Source of the DNA: Felis catus
Lineage: Eukaryota
Assembly: GCF_018350175.1 (NCBI RefSeq)
Contig: NC_058382.1
Span: 56,112,001-56,176,000 of the forward strand
Direction: 5' to 3'
DNA length: 64,000 nucleotides
Notes under the pieces: model-generated
Told to the model about the DNA's origin: nothing
The model's database searches: none
Seen by the model: the letters and a program-made list of their open reading frames with translations, nothing else
Program-made: the position numbers and the translations under genes
Shown: positions 63,251 to 64,000 of the stretch, piece by piece
Numbering within the stretch: the first letter of the stretch is position 1
How the letters are laid out: each line of letters opens with the position of its first letter

Positions 63251-64000
63251 ATAGCAAAATTGCCCCCCCCCTTTTTTTTTCAACTCAGTTGCCTGCAAGT
63301 GTCTTAACCATGATTCCTGCCAGTACTGTTCTGTCTAAACAGACCCAGGCACTTACCAGTGGTTAGCAAGTCTGACTTCTTCAACCGATGAAAATATTTC
63401 CAAAAGGAACAGCAAAGAAATGGAAGTTGTAATGAGTTTTGAAGGCAAGGCTCCCGTCCCGAAGCTTGCTCAGAACTGGTCCTGGCGGAAGTGAATTCTG
63501 CTTCTGAGTGTGCAGAGGGGGATGGGGCTCTGCCGTCCTGGAATCTATGACTTGTGAGAGCAGAGAATGTGGAAGTTACACGCTCCATTTAGACATCAGT
63601 GTTCTCTACTACAAAATGGTCCCCTAGTTCATTAATCAGACTCTCCAAATTTGTTTAACTCATTATTTATAACATCGTTAAATCCAGTGACACCAAAAGG
63701 TGTCACCGTGAGCAGTGGGCAAGTCTGACTTTAATCCTCAGAAAATGTGTAAAATGTCTTTCTCTCCTTCCCTTATCAAGAATGCTGGATGGAAGCAAAT
63801 GTTAAATTTGCACAGTGTGCAATGGTCTAAACTTTCACTGAATCCTAATCGACTTAATACCCTGTTGCCTTCTTGAAACTGGATGATGAAATGTAACTCT
63901 GAGACAGCTTAAATAGAACTCAGGCCTGGATGCTTCCTGCAAAATGGCTTAATTTGGTGGTTATTGCACGAGCGTTGTATGTGCAGTGATCAAATCCTGT

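Overview
Mammalian genomic DNA from a feliform carnivore, most likely a felid. This is inferred from about 18 Can-SINEs of the SINEC_Fc type and two felid-type L1 3' ends. The only coding sequence I can support is one 112-nt internal exon at 10548-10659 (+), which I recognise as exon 2 of CDH13 (T-cadherin), covering the end of the signal peptide and the start of the prodomain. The rest is the end of intron 1 and about 53 kb of the long intron 2. It holds ancient eutherian repeats (MIR, L2, old L1, MaLR/ERVL/ERV1 solo LTRs, hAT/Tigger MITEs), young carnivore SINEs with target-site duplications (TSDs) and microsatellites. The other ORFs in the track look like chance or repeat-derived frames. 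I found no convincing novel biological system. The best leads are regulatory or RNA-processing hypotheses: a MEF2/CArG/NF-kB/AP-1 motif cluster, an inverted SINE pair 27 bp apart, a sense L1 poly(A) signal just after exon 2, a candidate recursive splice site and candidate poison exons. Repeat subfamily names come from remembered consensus sequences, not a RepeatMasker run, and boundaries of old repeats are approximate.
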